A stretch of DNA of 63,148 nucleotides, counting the filler, from Sluysia triapertura (lineage: Eukaryota): assembly GCA_046118255.1 (NCBI GenBank). It is 5 parts of 5 records of this genome, joined end to end, with 100 filler letters (N's around TTAATTAATTAA, not from the genome) between each part and the next. Parts side by side here need not be neighbours in the genome. Positions count along the whole stretch, not along the records: positions 1 to 11,102 come from JBJNIA010188843.1; positions 11,203 to 24,783 come from JBJNIA010031381.1; 3 more parts are not named here. One strand, given 5' to 3'. The translations under genes and the position numbers were made by a program. The number at the start of each line of letters is the position of its first letter. Position 1 is the first letter of the stretch. The notes under the pieces are model-generated. The model did not search any database. It had not been told where the DNA came from and saw only the letters and a list, made by a program, of their open reading frames with translations. Of this stretch, positions 1-13,950 are shown piece after piece.

Positions 1-1326
1 TATTATAATTGTGAATCTAGTGGCTTAAAAATGTTTAAAAAATAATTAATTATGCAATAGATCTTTGATTTATGTGACAATGAAAAAACGTATATTAAAG
101 TAATTTGTTTTCTTCTTTTACAAGGTATTTTTTATATAAGTATCACTGTTTTATAAATAAATGGCATTAAAAATGTATTAATAAATTATTTTTAGTCTAT
201 TAAATATCTACGTAATTTCAGATATCATTTTCTTCATTAATTACACGACGAAAGTTAGGCTAGTTGATAGATGGATTTGTCTGCACAATGTCACGGAAGG
301 AAGTAACTGTGTTTAAATTTGTTGATATATTTTGAAAATTTGCAATAGAATTACTAGTTAAATCATATAATTGAAGTGGTATCAACATTAATTGAAACTC
401 CAATATTTTTATTTCAGAAACTATATTAGGTAAAGATAAATTACTCTAAATTAATCTGCATGTAATTTGTATTTAATAAGTATTTTACAAACAGAATTCA
501 TGTATTACTGTGTAAATGAATACCAAATACTTGATTGACTTAAATCTATAGATATTAATTCAACTATTTTCATGGAAATTTGGCAAAAACAAATTTCAAT
601 AAAGAAAAATTAAATTTCAATAACTTCATTTACAAAAAACTTTGATATTAATTAGGAATGATGAAGTGTTTCATATTTAGTTATGTGCATATTAAAAGAT
701 TAAGAAGAATATTGAAAACTGTACCATGAAAAACTTATAATTATCGTTTTAAATCAATTTTAGAAATTAAAGCTAAAGTAAAAATCTAAAAGATGTTAAA
801 TTAGTTGGATATAAAAATCTGAATGGATACTTTAATCTCAATTAGTGACATAAACTGTAACTGTAACTTAATTTACTAAATTATTATTAAAAGCATTTAT
901 TTAACTTTACTAAACTCAACCAAATATTAATACAAATCTTATTAATGTTGATTCTCAAAATCCAACAGAATTTATCGGAAATAGGAAATAGTTGAATGTA
1001 ATATTAAATTTTACATTAAACAGAAAATAGAATGTTTAAAAAACAAAAAATATTTTTGAATTTATTGTATAATTGTGTTTACATTTTGATAAAAGTGATG
1101 GATAATAAAATCAAAGTAAGTGGCACTAATATCAAATTCCATTTTAAATAATTAATTTGCATTATTAAGGCTGATTTTGTGCCTAATTAAGTGAAGGCAG
1201 ATCGTAAAAGATGTGACACTTATTAATTCATTTTTTGATTAGTTAAACAATAAAATCGATCTTATAAACTCATAACATCCAATTCCATTTTCAATTTTTT
1301 CTCATCGAATCAAATCTTAGACAACA

Positions 1327-3990
1327 ATGGACAAAGATACCAAAATTAGAAATTATGTTCTTAAAAGAATTCAGAAAACAATTAAAATTATGTTAAATGG
1401 CAGTATAAATAAATATTTTTACACAGAACATTTGTAGATAAAGTGAAAGAAATAATAAAGTCAAAAAAGATTAAATATAAATTGAAAATTTGGTTAGCTC
1501 TGAGAAAACATTTTAGAGTTCTAATTATATTTTCAAAAAAAAGAATTAATGTTTTCAAAGAAAAATTGTTTTAAAATTTAAATGATGAAATAATTGTAGT
1601 TTTTATAACTCACGTTTATAAAATTTAAAATGAAATTATTATCTTACAATTATTTAATTACTGATTATATGGAAATGGCCCGAATAACTATTGGAGATAA
1701 GAAAAAATGAGGACATTTAAACTTTGTTTGAAAATGAAGATTTTGATGTCGGAAACTAATGATATTGAAACTATTATAAAAAAATTATCGAATGTTAAAT
1801 ACGAAGAAAATGAAAAAGGATATTTTACTATTAAATTTGTGAATCATTAAATGATTCAATGAAGGTAATTTACAATTTTCGTGAAACAGTAATTCTAGGC
1901 CCAGCCGAGATGACTTTTCTAAAAAGTTTATATTAAAGTCGGACACAAAATCAAGAACTATTTTGATTTGAATGGTAAGGTATATGTAGGTTTTTAAAGT
2001 TGTAAAATTATGAGTTATCATCATATTGTGCAATGTTATCACTGCCAAGGTTTTTGTCACACCCCTCATTATTGTAGATATAAATTAAATGATCTTTTTT
2101 TATAAAATGTTCTAAAATCCATAGAGGAAAAACTTATCCGAATAAAGAAACGAACAGTTTTGCAAGTGTATAAATTGTGTCAAAAGTTATAATAAATAAT
2201 CGAATAAGTACCAAATTAATTGGCATTGTTTCAGTTAAATATAAATCATTTGAACATATAGAACTAAACAAATAAAACAATATTATTAATTTCTATATAT
2301 AGACTACCAAGTAATTCAATTTAGATGAATTCTATGATTATTTTGATATTATTTTGGAAAAAGCCAAATAAGTTTTAATAGCAGGAGATTTTAATATAAA
2401 AATGAATGAAGAATGTAGAACAAATAAAACATCCATCAAATTACTAAATATAGTCAATTTAACGAACCACGTGAAATTTAAAACTCATAAATGTGGAAAT
2501 GTATTAGATATATAATAAACAATTTTTATAGTAATATCGTTACTGATATAAAAGTTAATGATCTATTAGATAAGTCTGATCATTATTTATTTGCCTTTAA
2601 ATAAGGCGCTGAAAAGAAAAGAAATGGAGAAGTAAAAATCTGATGAAACAAAGAAAGAATAAAATAACGTAATATACGAATCCAAGCTATTTAAAAACAA
2701 AACGTGAATTTTTATAATAAGTCATTTTAAGTCAGTAAATTTAAATATTAAAGGTATTTATAAATTATTAAATAAATTATTTGGTAAACAATATGAAAAT
2801 TACGTCAAACGACTTTTTAAAATTTTTTTATCGAAAGTGAAAAATATACGAAATAACTTTAGAAATGATTAAGAACATAAACAAATTTGAATTAACGAAA
2901 ATTAATTAGGATGATTTCGTGCAGATTATAGCGCCAATACCAACCAAACTTATCAAAAATAATTCAATTTTGATTAGCGTTATTCCGATTTTATTGAAAA
3001 TTATTAATAATTCATTATGCAATCTAAAATTCTCTTCAAGTAAAAAGGTACCAGTTATAGTACCTCATCTGAAACACGGTAATCAATTGCTTTTAAATAA
3101 TTACACATCCGCATCAAATGTAACACTCTTATCCAAATTGATATAAAAAGCAGTTTTACAATAGTTGTCAAAGTTCTTAGATGAAAAGAAACTTCTTACA
3201 ATGTATTAATCAGCCTATAGGCCTATCACTCAACGGCTATTTTAATAATAAACTAGAATAAGAATATATAAATGATGTTTCAAGTGTAATCGAATCATAT
3301 GGTTTTAAATACGATATATATACTGATGACGTTCAAATTTATACTGAATTTGAAATGAATAACAGAAAACACTATTCAAAGAATAGAAGAACTAGTATCT
3401 AAATTGATAAAATGGTTTGGAAATAAATACTTGAAAATCATTGAAGAAAAGTCAGAATTTATAATTTTCAGTAATAAAAATAGCGACAATACCAAAATAA
3501 ATGAAACAAAGTTAATTGTAGGTGGTAAGATACTAGTTGCAAAGCAAAAAGTAAGAAATATAGACTGCATATTGAATAAAATATTAATTGTATTGTTAAA
3601 AAATGTAAATATCAATTAAAAAAAATATTAAATAATTTATTAATAAAGAAACGGCTAAACTTATTGTTCATTCATTGATATCTAATAATATAGATTTTAA
3701 CAATAGTATAATGTAGTAAATTTTATGTGGAAAATAAAACAATTACAATTAATATTTAATCAAACAGTAAGACTAATTTTTCTAATGTAACATCTTGTCT
3801 TAGAGAATTACATTGGTTGCCAATAAAAGCAACAGTAGAATTCAAAATCATGACAGTAATTTACAAATGAGTATATTAGAGAAGTACTGAATATTTCTCG
3901 GAAATAATAAAAACTTTGGAAAGCAAGATGAATATTTAATTGAGACGTAATAATCGATACAGAATAATCGTTGATAATAAGCTATGTGAT
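1327..3990 (+). mobile_element. Decayed L2/CR1-type LINE (ORF1 zinc knuckles, APE endonuclease, RT)
   Basis: Motifs in the expected order, broken by stops and frameshifts: QCYHCQGFCH (2031-2060) and CKCINC zinc knuckles; IYRLP, AGDFN (2381-2395), THKCGNVLD and SDH (APE); SAYRP, YTDD (3319-3330), LKIIEEKSEFI and ELHWLPI (~3805-3825) (RT and C-terminus). Boundaries are approximate. Confidence 0.85.
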
Positions 3991-5895
3991 AGGTTATACA
4001 CCGAATGACATATAATAATAAAATATTATAAGCTTTTGTATTTGTAGTTATTTATTGAAAATTTAACTAACATGTTATTTTATCAATATAATCTTTAATT
4101 TTTGAAATTTGTATATCAAATTTCTTTATATTATTATATTGGTTTCTTTCTAACTGAAGACTGAGTTTTACGAAATTTTGATTGCAGAAATAATAAAATT
4201 TGGCATTTTGTGTTTCTGTTGATTATATTTGATTATAATTGTTGTGTTATAATTGATTAGATGCAAAATTAATTAAATGTAAATTATTAATTTGATAAAT
4301 AATAAATAACAAAATTGATCAAATATTTCAAGTATTACAAGATTAACAAAATATGTTTTGAAATGTGTTACATCAAGAGAAAAACATCCGACGCCCATAT
4401 TTTTATTCTCGTTAAATGAATTATGCGAAATTATCATGAAATTTTCAAAGATTGTCAAAAAGCAAACCCGTTCAGTGAATCCAGGGCATTTAAATTGTAT
4501 TAAATTGTATACCTTAATAAATCTAGTGATAAAATAATTAATAATAAATTTTAAAATTATTATTAAAATTATTAATTTAAAAAATTAATTTTATGTTCAC
4601 GAAGCTCATTTAAATATTATTATTAGTAATGCATTATATAAAAATTATAAAAACTTAAATAATTATTATTATTTAGTACACAAAAAAGCGCTTGAAATAA
4701 ATCATTCACTAGAGTATTTCTGAAATAAGAACTTTACCTTTTTCTTAAATATTTCATAATCTGGTTATATATTTTTGAAATCTACAATATATGTCCTACG
4801 TTAACGATTTTTTTCCAAACAATTTTTTCACTTAATTTTTAGTATAATAAGCACTAATATCCATACAGGTACAAGAAATATGTTCAGTATGTCATATTTT
4901 TAATTAGTAATTGAACACTTTGGTGGGATGAATAATGTTTTTTCTTTGCAGTGTTTATCAGAAATTTATTGCATCATATATATCCAGGTAGGATTGAAAG
5001 GGTTAATAAAACATGGCTTTTGAAGTATGGTCTTAAAAATAGTCAATTAAAAATGATAAATTGATTATTTATTATTGAAATATCTTAATCTAATTTAAGA
5101 AAATTTTGATTAAAAATTAAGTCCAATTTTAAATATTATTTTCAACTTTTATAATTGTTTGAGGATGATTTAAATTGGCAGTTTTTAAATCAAACAATGT
5201 TAGTATTATTTTTAAAAACCAAGTTATCGTTTATGGAAATAGAAAAGAAATTAATTTAATCAAATTAAATAAAAAATTAAAATTTGAAAATTAAAAGTCA
5301 AATATATCGGTAAATATTAAAGAAAATGATATTAAATAAAAATTGTGTAAATACTTTAGTAAATATTTGATTAACTCGTGATTGTTCAATAACAATGATT
5401 TTTGTAAAAAAACATCATGAAATATTACCAAAATAATATTGCAATAATAGTGTTTCATTAATTAAAATCTTTTTTTCCAGTTTTTTGATATTTTATCGTA
5501 ATTTTTATTATGATAATAATAATGCTACAATAAAAGAATTAAAATTTAAAATCAAAAATATTAAAGCACTGTTCTTAAGATTTTATAAATAATTTTGAAT
5601 TAATAATAAATTTATTTGTATTTTAATTAAAACTTCAAATAATCTAAAAAATCTGAAAATAAAAAATAAAATAAAAATAAACTAAAATAAAACTTAATTA
5701 TCAATAAGAAAAATATGACTTAAAAGAAAACACCGTAGTAACACAAAAATAATGTTAATTTAAAATTAAAAACAAATAAATAAATAAACAAATAAATTAA
5801 AGTAAATAAATAAATTACATGGCCAAATTTATACTATGGAAAGAAGTTTATTATCGTATATAAAAAGTATATATAATTAATAATTTCCTAATTAA

Positions 5896-6131
5896 CCCTT
5901 TCAGCCCCGGAACCGCCACATGGCGTCAATGGCAATTTTTTCTCTTACACAACTGCTATGCAAGATCATGCTAAAGTAATACGAAGAGCATAATTTTTAT
6001 GTTTGAACTTTGACCTATATATTTTTACTTCACGTCAATATTTACAGTTTTCATACATTTTTCCTAAATCATCATCTATAGACAATAAATCACCATATAT
6101 CTTAAGGAAAAAAAATTCGGGGCTGAAAGGG
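5896..6131. mobile_element. piggyBac-type MITE (236 bp)
   Basis: Perfect 14-bp TIR CCCTTTCAGCCCCG / CGGGGCTGAAAGGG, with TTAA on both sides (5892-5895, 6132-6135). Confidence 0.9.
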
Positions 6132-6195
6132 TTAATAAATTATCTCTTGGTGATTCTTGAATTATCGAAATAATAGACCCTGATTTAACATTGAT

Positions 6196-6897
6196 TTCAA
6201 AATACGTATTTTCTTTAAATATTCTTGAACTATAACTTTGGGCAAATTTTTTAAATTTTATTTTTTTGTTTCATCAATTTGATGTAAATCTTTTGTGTTT
6301 TCTTCTTGATCAATAATCAAAGTATCCAGTACAGATTAAGTAGCAAATTCAGAATTTTTACTTGAACAATATGACGTTTGAGTACCATGATCGATATACT
6401 TCTGTTCTACCTCAGATAGAGGTTCTTTTGTTAAAGCAGCTGATAACATTGATAGCGCAATTGCTTTTTCTCTCTCCGTAGAATAGCTAAACTATCTTTG
6501 TACATCAGTTGGATTATCAGTTTGTAATAATTGACCAAGTAATATAAATACAGAAGCATCCATACCATCAAGATGTAATTTTAGAGATAATTTGACTGTG
6601 TTGTTCTTACAGGTAACTGGAAGTGACGATTGCCAACTACGTTGTTTACAACCAGAAATTGGTAGATTATTGATCTTGATTCTTCCACTAGACGTATACA
6701 AACGCGCCACTTTTGAATTTGGATCTTTTTGTTCTATTATTAATTCTGGTTTATCCATATGTGACTGTCGTTTAGAAGTAGTTAACTTAGTAGAAGAAAT
6801 TTAACTATTTTCATCTGAAATTAATTTCATACAACTTGACTGATTCGCTTGAGCTGATACGGAATAAATACCAAATTTATTTTTATAATCCTCCTGC
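6196..6897 (-). pseudogene. Unidentified coding-like frame of ~230 codons interrupted by three point stops
   Basis: ORF 6492-6758 extends in the same frame both ways (..SDENS*ISSTK..DVQR*FSYSTEREKAIALSMLSAALTKEP..FAT*SVLDTLII..) with no frameshift. No family recognised. Confidence 0.4.
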
Positions 6898-7954
6898 TAT
6901 TAAGTAACTAGGAAACATCATTAATGAGTGAATTCCTCTCACGGAATGATCGCTTGAGGATGATGAATTAGTTGTTAAAATTAGGACCAGTTTCTACTAC
7001 AGCATCAGATTCACACATACAAAAATATATACAAATTCAGATAAACTAAAGAATAAGAAGGAAGGTTGATAGTAAAGATAAAAGAAATAATAATGATAAC
7101 AATGACGTAATTATTATATATTTTAAAACAATGATGATGATATTGTGATATTATTATAGAAATTTTTATGCGAAAGTATTATAAGAATTATTAATATGAT
7201 TGGATTTATGATAACAATAACTATATATACAATTATATACAATGGTTATGTTTGTTTTTTTGAATGAATCAGGTACTTTATTTAGTCTTCTGTGTATGTA
7301 AGAAATGTTTTTTATGTGTTGAAGTGTTGATATTTTGACATGATTTCTCTACAATTTGTAAGTGTAATTATCTTTGTCTGTGCTTTTACAGTGAAAAATA
7401 GGGCCTTGCATATAGTATTTTTCACATATATCATGGATATATATATTCCTTAATTATATTATGTAATAATTACTCCATAATCAATTTGTCTCTAAAATTA
7501 ACTTCACCATATAAATACGTATTTTAATCTTATACCATATAATTTTACCTTTATATGGCCAATCTTATCCATGTAATAGCTAAACACATTTTATAAATAT
7601 AATTTTGGCTACATTACACTGGTTTTCTAGTTAAAAGAATTATTTTTATTTCCAATAACGCTTCAGTACGTAAAATATTTCTATGTCAATAATATTTTTA
7701 GTAAAAATTTTAATATCTAAATCTAAATAAAATTTCATTATGTAATAAAATTTGTTTGAATATTAAAAGTTGTAAATAATAAAATTATGCGATAAAGTAA
7801 TAAAATTTATATAAATCCATGAGTTTTAATAAAAAGTTGAATGATAAAAATTTTTATCTGATGTAGAAATATTTTGGATATAAAATTATGGTGGTATAAA
7901 TAAGATCAAAATTTTTAAAAATATCACAACAGAATAAAAACATTAAAAAAGAAT

Positions 7955-8135
7955 TGTTAGGTTGTCATCGGAACCACTTTAAAAATTCAAAACAAAACCT
8001 AAAAACATTTACTGCACTAAATTAACCTCATTTTTCAATAAAATAACTTCTTTTCTAAAAATAGAAAATTCCTTACTAGAACATTCTATCGATTACTATT
8101 GGTTGATGACTAGTACATAAACTAGCATCAATTTC
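7955..8135 (+). repeat. Partial LTR, second copy of the 61568-61957 element
   Basis: Starts TGTTAGGTTG. TAGAACATTCTATCGATTACTATTGGTTGATGACTAGTACATAAACTAGCATCA is nearly identical to the reverse complement of ~61733-61787. Confidence 0.7.
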
Positions 8136-8543
8136 ACTAATTTCGGCATTTCTCACTTAATAGCAAATCTAATTGTGTCAAGGAAAATTTGAGTCAATTT
8201 TTTCAATCAATTCTATTCGGAACGGATCCAACATTGACGGCATAAATTATTTTATTCGACTTCTAATTTTCTTCAGTTCCATGAGTGCGATTAGTTGTTT
8301 CTATGGGGATGTTTTTATCTTCTTCGAGGAGGTAAAAATAATAATGTTCTCTTGAAATATTTTGTAATTAAAATTTTATTTGCACCCCGATCTACTGAGG
8401 GGAATATTTTAATTTAAATTCACTGATAAATTAAATATTCATTCGAATTTTAATTTTTAATTTTGATTTTTAATTCTTTAATAGTTTATCCTATTCTGTA
8501 AACATTTTATATCTGTTAATAAAAATTTTACATTTCCTAATCA

Positions 8544-8587
<44 letters not shown>

Positions 8588-10237
8588 TTATAAGTTTAGA
8601 ATTAGATCCATTAGACCCTCACACAAAATTTTTTTGATTAAGTTTTATTCACGCCTAGTTATAGGAACACCTTCTCTACGATATAAGCCGTTTGCTATAA
8701 CCGGACACTGCTCAATTTTTATTTTGCCACAGCAGAATTATCGTTCACGAACTGCGATTTATTAGATATTGTTATCATCGAAATAACTTTCCATTCAAGA
8801 ATTAATTGTTTTTATTGACCTTCAAGTTAGTACTGTATTCACTGGACATTAGTAATTGGAACATTATTCTCATTTTCACTATTCGACATAATCTTTTGGA
8901 AAATTCATGCAACCCATGTTAAAGTCGCAAGTTTGTTTTTGTAGGATTCTCCCTTCAATTAGTGTAAGGTTAAAATAATACTTAAAATCATTCAATTTTT
9001 ACCAGCCAATAATTATTCCTGACTTAAACTCTATTTTAAAAAAATTAAAATTATAGATTAAGGAATTATCCTTAATTTTTAAATTATTATTATATATCAT
9101 TATAATCTGTATATTCTTTTGTATCTAATTTTTTGATTATTTATTTAATAAACCTTAGTGATTTGTTATATTATATTTTAAAGAAAATGTAAGTGTAAAA
9201 CCATTGCAAAATCGCATAATTTCTAATTGACACACGGACGTTAAGAGAAATTTCCTTCACGTAGATTATCCGATCTATCATTCAAAAAACCTGTAGCTGT
9301 GTCTTCCATAGGATATAAACCTCAGACTACAGACAAACACATAAGTTAAGTTTGTATTTGTTGATGTAAAGAGAAAAAAACCTAATTCCTGGCCTTAATA
9401 AAGTTATACTATAGAAAAATGGAGAATTATTATTATAAACATTTTTGGCCATAAACTATAGTAGAAAATTTTCATATTATAAAAGAAAATTCCAGAATAA
9501 ATACTAGAACAAATATTACAAACCACATAAATTTATGACTGCTCTGAAAATGTAGAATCTTATACTTGTTTAATTTTAGTAATTTTATTGGTGATATATG
9601 AACTTTTAAAAGATCGATTTACTAATACAAATACGTAACATACACATAATAAGACCAAGTAATAAATAAAACACTGAGTTCAAGAATGAAATTGAAAAAA
9701 GAATAAAAATAAAATCTTAGGTACTGAAAGTATGTAAATATTAAAAAACTAGATAAAATAAAGTAAAATGCTTACAAACATCATATCCATTTTACAATTC
9801 AAATTTTAAGATGCTTACAATGTTACTTCATGCACCAATTTGATTCCGAGGCAATTTTTGAAGGATCATTGCAATATTCTTAATGCCATTTAAGTCATTG
9901 CCTCAGCATGAGAAGTGTTAGTTTAGACACTTAGTGAAACTCGGAAAAAATTATGGATAGACTACTGCAAGTTAAGAATAACTGTTCAAGATGCCGAACT
10001 TCTGATACTGTAAATAAGATAGTTCCTTGTGCAAAGAATTAAATTTGAAGATAAATTAAAAAACAAAATCAGAAATAAGTAAGGGAAATAAAATCTTATG
10101 GGATTTGATTACATGTATAATTTGAACATTAAAACGACATTATGATAGATCAATTATCATAAATTGTTCATAATAATGTTATAATTCAATCAATAAATAT
10201 ATAATTTTTAATATTCATAATAATAACAATAACAGTG

Positions 10238-10290
<53 letters not shown>

Positions 10291-11057
10291 CAAAGTAGAT
10301 TATGATTTAAAAGGAATATTAGTTTTAAAATATGGTCTAGATACCATATAGCTTAAGTTTTAATGGATAATTTGATAAGTGGTTTATAGATATTCAATCA
10401 TTATCTGGCCACAAGTCCCTTCATTGACACTGACTATTAATAAGCATCAACACTTTATAATCAATGTGAGAGAATTCGTAAATTTCAACCAAGTAATTTT
10501 ATTAATTTAATTTACATATGACTTAGTTTCACAATTCTCAAATTTTACTACCCAAATATATGCTCTTATAGTAATTATCATAGTAATCATAATACAATGA
10601 TTACTATTCTTGCTAACAGTGAAAAATTTATCGGCATGTTCCTTTATCATTATTGAAATGATAGCTCCAACCTTTGCTACTTATTTTCGGGGTTTTAACT
10701 GTAATTGCTGAATTTATTGTAAATTTCACGACCACAAAAAATAAAGAAAAGGATCAGATTAGCCTTTACGAAGATAGTAACTCTTAAATAAAGTTGTATG
10801 AGCAGAGGCAGTTTTTTTATATCCCAGGTGTGAAAAAGTATTGGATAGTTTGTATTAGTGCTTTATATTTAATTTCATTAGGTATTTTGTCATTATCGCC
10901 ACCAATTCTCGAAATTCTACGATAAATTCTTCAGTGGTCGAATCTGTTTTGTTAATTTGGATTAGAAATGAGAATCGGGAGTGTCACTTTTTTGACAATA
11001 TACAACTTTGCATTAGGTGAGATCATCCCTAAAGTCCATTAATATTGTATATATATA

Positions 11058-11102
11058 CAGTCGGACCCCGTATAACGCGATAGTTACGTACCGCGTTATA
11101 GG
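11058..11102 (+). mobile_element. pogo/Tigger-like terminal repeat, cut by the gap
   Basis: TA followed by CAGTCGGACCCCGTATAACGCG, with an internal inverted pair TATAACGCG/CGCGTTATA. Confidence 0.55.
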
Positions 11103-11202
11103 NNNNNNNNNNNNNNNNNNNNNNNNNNNNNNNNNNNNNNNNNNNNTTAATTAATTAANNNNNNNNNNNNNNNNNNNNNNNNNNNNNNNNNNNNNNNNNN
11201 NN
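11103..11202. other. Assembly gap with six-frame stop linker
   Basis: 44 N + TTAATTAATTAA + 44 N; identical layout in all four gaps. Confidence 0.98.
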
Positions 11203-11214
11203 AGCTACTTTTAA

Positions 11215-11272
11215 CCCACTGATGTAGAACATAGTTTCTGTGGGACCCATCGTCCCATTGGTAGTCAAAGGG
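11215..11272 (-). mobile_element. piggyBac-type terminus or mini-element
   Basis: The minus strand reads TTAA|CCCTTTGACTACC.. with a subterminal hairpin TGGGAC-n5-GTCCCA. A TTAA|CCC also occurs at 11211-11217. Confidence 0.5.
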
Positions 11273-13883
11273 TTAAACAGGCGAGACACCTAACTTTCCA
11301 ACAAAAAAGCAGAACGGCAAAAATATTAGGCCAATATCAAATAATAAGTTGCTAATATTGGTAATATTATTAACTACAAATTTCATCCTGGTTCACCTAA
11401 TGTAATTTATAACATAATATAATTGCACGATACTTTTGATGACTCGGTGATCATAGCACCCGATTTAGTAACAAAACACCCAGAGTTAAATACTTTCTCG
11501 TGACGCTTAAAACTAATAAAATTAAACAAATTTTAACAAAATTAATAATTTCAAAAATATATTAAATTAGTAATTTTTATTTTATTCATTTATTATTTAT
11601 TTTTAATTTTTATTAATTGTTTTAATTTATTATTTTTATTTTTACGATTTTGTATCCTCGATGGTCATTTCATTTTTTTTTCAAAAAATCAATTTTTCTT
11701 TACATTTAAGTTGAAAATGGACAATGGACAGTTCACATCAATAAATGACATGATTAGGTATCTTAAAATTAATCCAATTATGGTTTCTCCGTCAAATCTG
11801 AAGAATATGTAATATTAAAGAAATTATTAGACTTATCACATTAAAGATTTATTTATACAAGTGTTACTGGCAGAAATAGTTATGTAAATTTCATTAACAT
11901 GATTTACTAACAGGGAACCTTATAGTACAAGAACTTTCAAGTTCCATGTGAATGCAATAATCTTCTAAAATCCATTTCACGCAAGACTATACTTTATCGA
12001 CAATTTCAGAAATAGTTAAACCGTTCAAAACATGTAATATAACAAAATATTAATTCATCTAAAGCAACATATTTAAAAAATAGATTAGAAATATCAACAT
12101 CACATCTTCCAAACGATTAATTTAAAAATAATTAAATGTTTAATTGATAGAAGTTTATTTAAATGATTATGAAGAGTATGTGTAATAAAAATTACAAATA
12201 AAAATAACCAGTAATATGCTGCAAAAACAGCAAAGGAATATTTCTCTGACAACACAATTGAATAAAATGAGAACCTTTAAGAGATGATTCTGAAAATAAA
12301 ACACCATTGTTTGCTATTATTCCAACTGGATAGCCCCATATTCTAGCGAATCCTGTAATAATATATATATATATATATATATTATGGTGGGTTCAAAATA
12401 AAACTTTGTCACGGAACTCAGGAAAACTTTGCGTTTGCATGTGAAATAAAAAAAATCACAGAAATTATTTCTGGACACTTGTAAGTACCCCATTTTTAAT
12501 TTAGAAAATACTTGTTTTAATGGTATTGACAACCACAGCAGACTTATCAAATAATGAGACACATCATTTAAATTTTACATCAATTTAGTATATTAATTAA
12601 GAGGCATAAATGTATCATATAGATTATGAAGATGCAATAGTCAATTGAGAAGTTTCACTAAAATTTTAGCAGAAGCATTTTATTTTGTTGACAAAATTAT
12701 AAATTTTACAGTATTATAATTAAAGTTTAAATTAAAAGTAATTTAAAGTCAGATCACAAAAAAGATAGTGTTTTAAAATGTACTCATTATTATAATTATA
12801 ATTTCTCCAAATATGACTTGTATGAAAAAACAACTAACCACATATCAAAGTTTCTCCATAAAGCGGCTTGAATAATTGCATTTTACTTCCATCAACTATA
12901 CGTGCTATAACTTCATGCATGTCAAATGTTTTCTTTAAATTTCCGCCAACAATACCATATATTTCTTCAGCGGGATATTTTGGAGATTCTGGTTTTTTAA
13001 CATTAACCTTGAATAATTAGATATCAATTAAGTTATTGATATAGTGTAGTTTTTCAATCAAGAAAAATGTGTTATATTATATATTAAAATATATTATTTT
13101 CTAAAGTTTTATAAACAGTAATATTTAAAAAAATAGTTAAATTATTAAAAAATTACTTTTGGTATTTTATTATACGTATAGCCTTTTATCAAATAAATTT
13201 TCATACTATTTGATTTCTTTTGATTAAAACCTGAATTTTAAATTTACAGAATTAATCGAACTTCCATCTTTTACATCATAGAGGAGTAAAGACTCTAACC
13301 TTCAGTATAAAACTAAATATTGACTTTAACTAATTTTACTAAATTCAAGTGACAATTTGAATACACATAAAATTGATTTTAATTAAAAAAAATTATTTAT
13401 ATATAACAAATCAATTAAATTTGTACCTCACTTCTTTATCGTGTTTTTGTACTAATTTCTACCTCAAGCATATTTCAATTTGAGTACCATAAGTCTGTGC
13501 CTTAATTTTACTAAAATTATATATAATCAATGGGCGCTGCATTTTATACTTGGCTTTATTGAGGTACCGACTTCCTTATAATAAAAATAAAAAATACATA
13601 TTTAATATCAAAATAATAAAGATAATCATCGGTTGCCAATAGTAGCATAATGTTCAAAATAAAACTGCTTTGAACTGTTTAGATGAATTGATTTGGTGAC
13701 ACGAATAAATAACAATAAAATTGTAGCGATAATGGGTATTTGTTTCAAGGCCAATTGTAATACTTGACAGAGTCGTTGACTCGTCATTTATCTTTCTTTA
13801 TTAAATTGAATATTCAGTTTTATAAATTTTTATCTCTCTACTTGTATGCAATATGCCAGTAATAAATAATATTAATAGCAATT

Positions 13884-13904
13884 GTAGTAGTAGTAGTAGT
13901 AGTA

Positions 13905-13949
<45 letters not shown>
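13884..13949. repeat. (AGT)n(AAT)n microsatellite
   Basis: Read directly; it explains the spurious poly-L and poly-N ORFs. Similar AAT/ATT tracts lie at ~8548, ~10239, ~15398, ~36868, ~41354, ~52080 and ~62380. Confidence 0.95.

Positions 13950-13950
<1 letters not shown>

Noticed and set aside
11147-11158. TTAATTAATTAA islands inside N runs (also 24828, 36812, 52200)
   Set aside because: The identical 44+12+44 layout marks an artificial scaffolding linker, not biology.
11717-12640. Hints of protein-primed PolB or integrase (DNGQFTS, IPTG*P, TTADL)
   Set aside because: Fragments are too short and scattered across frames to support a Maverick call without a profile search.
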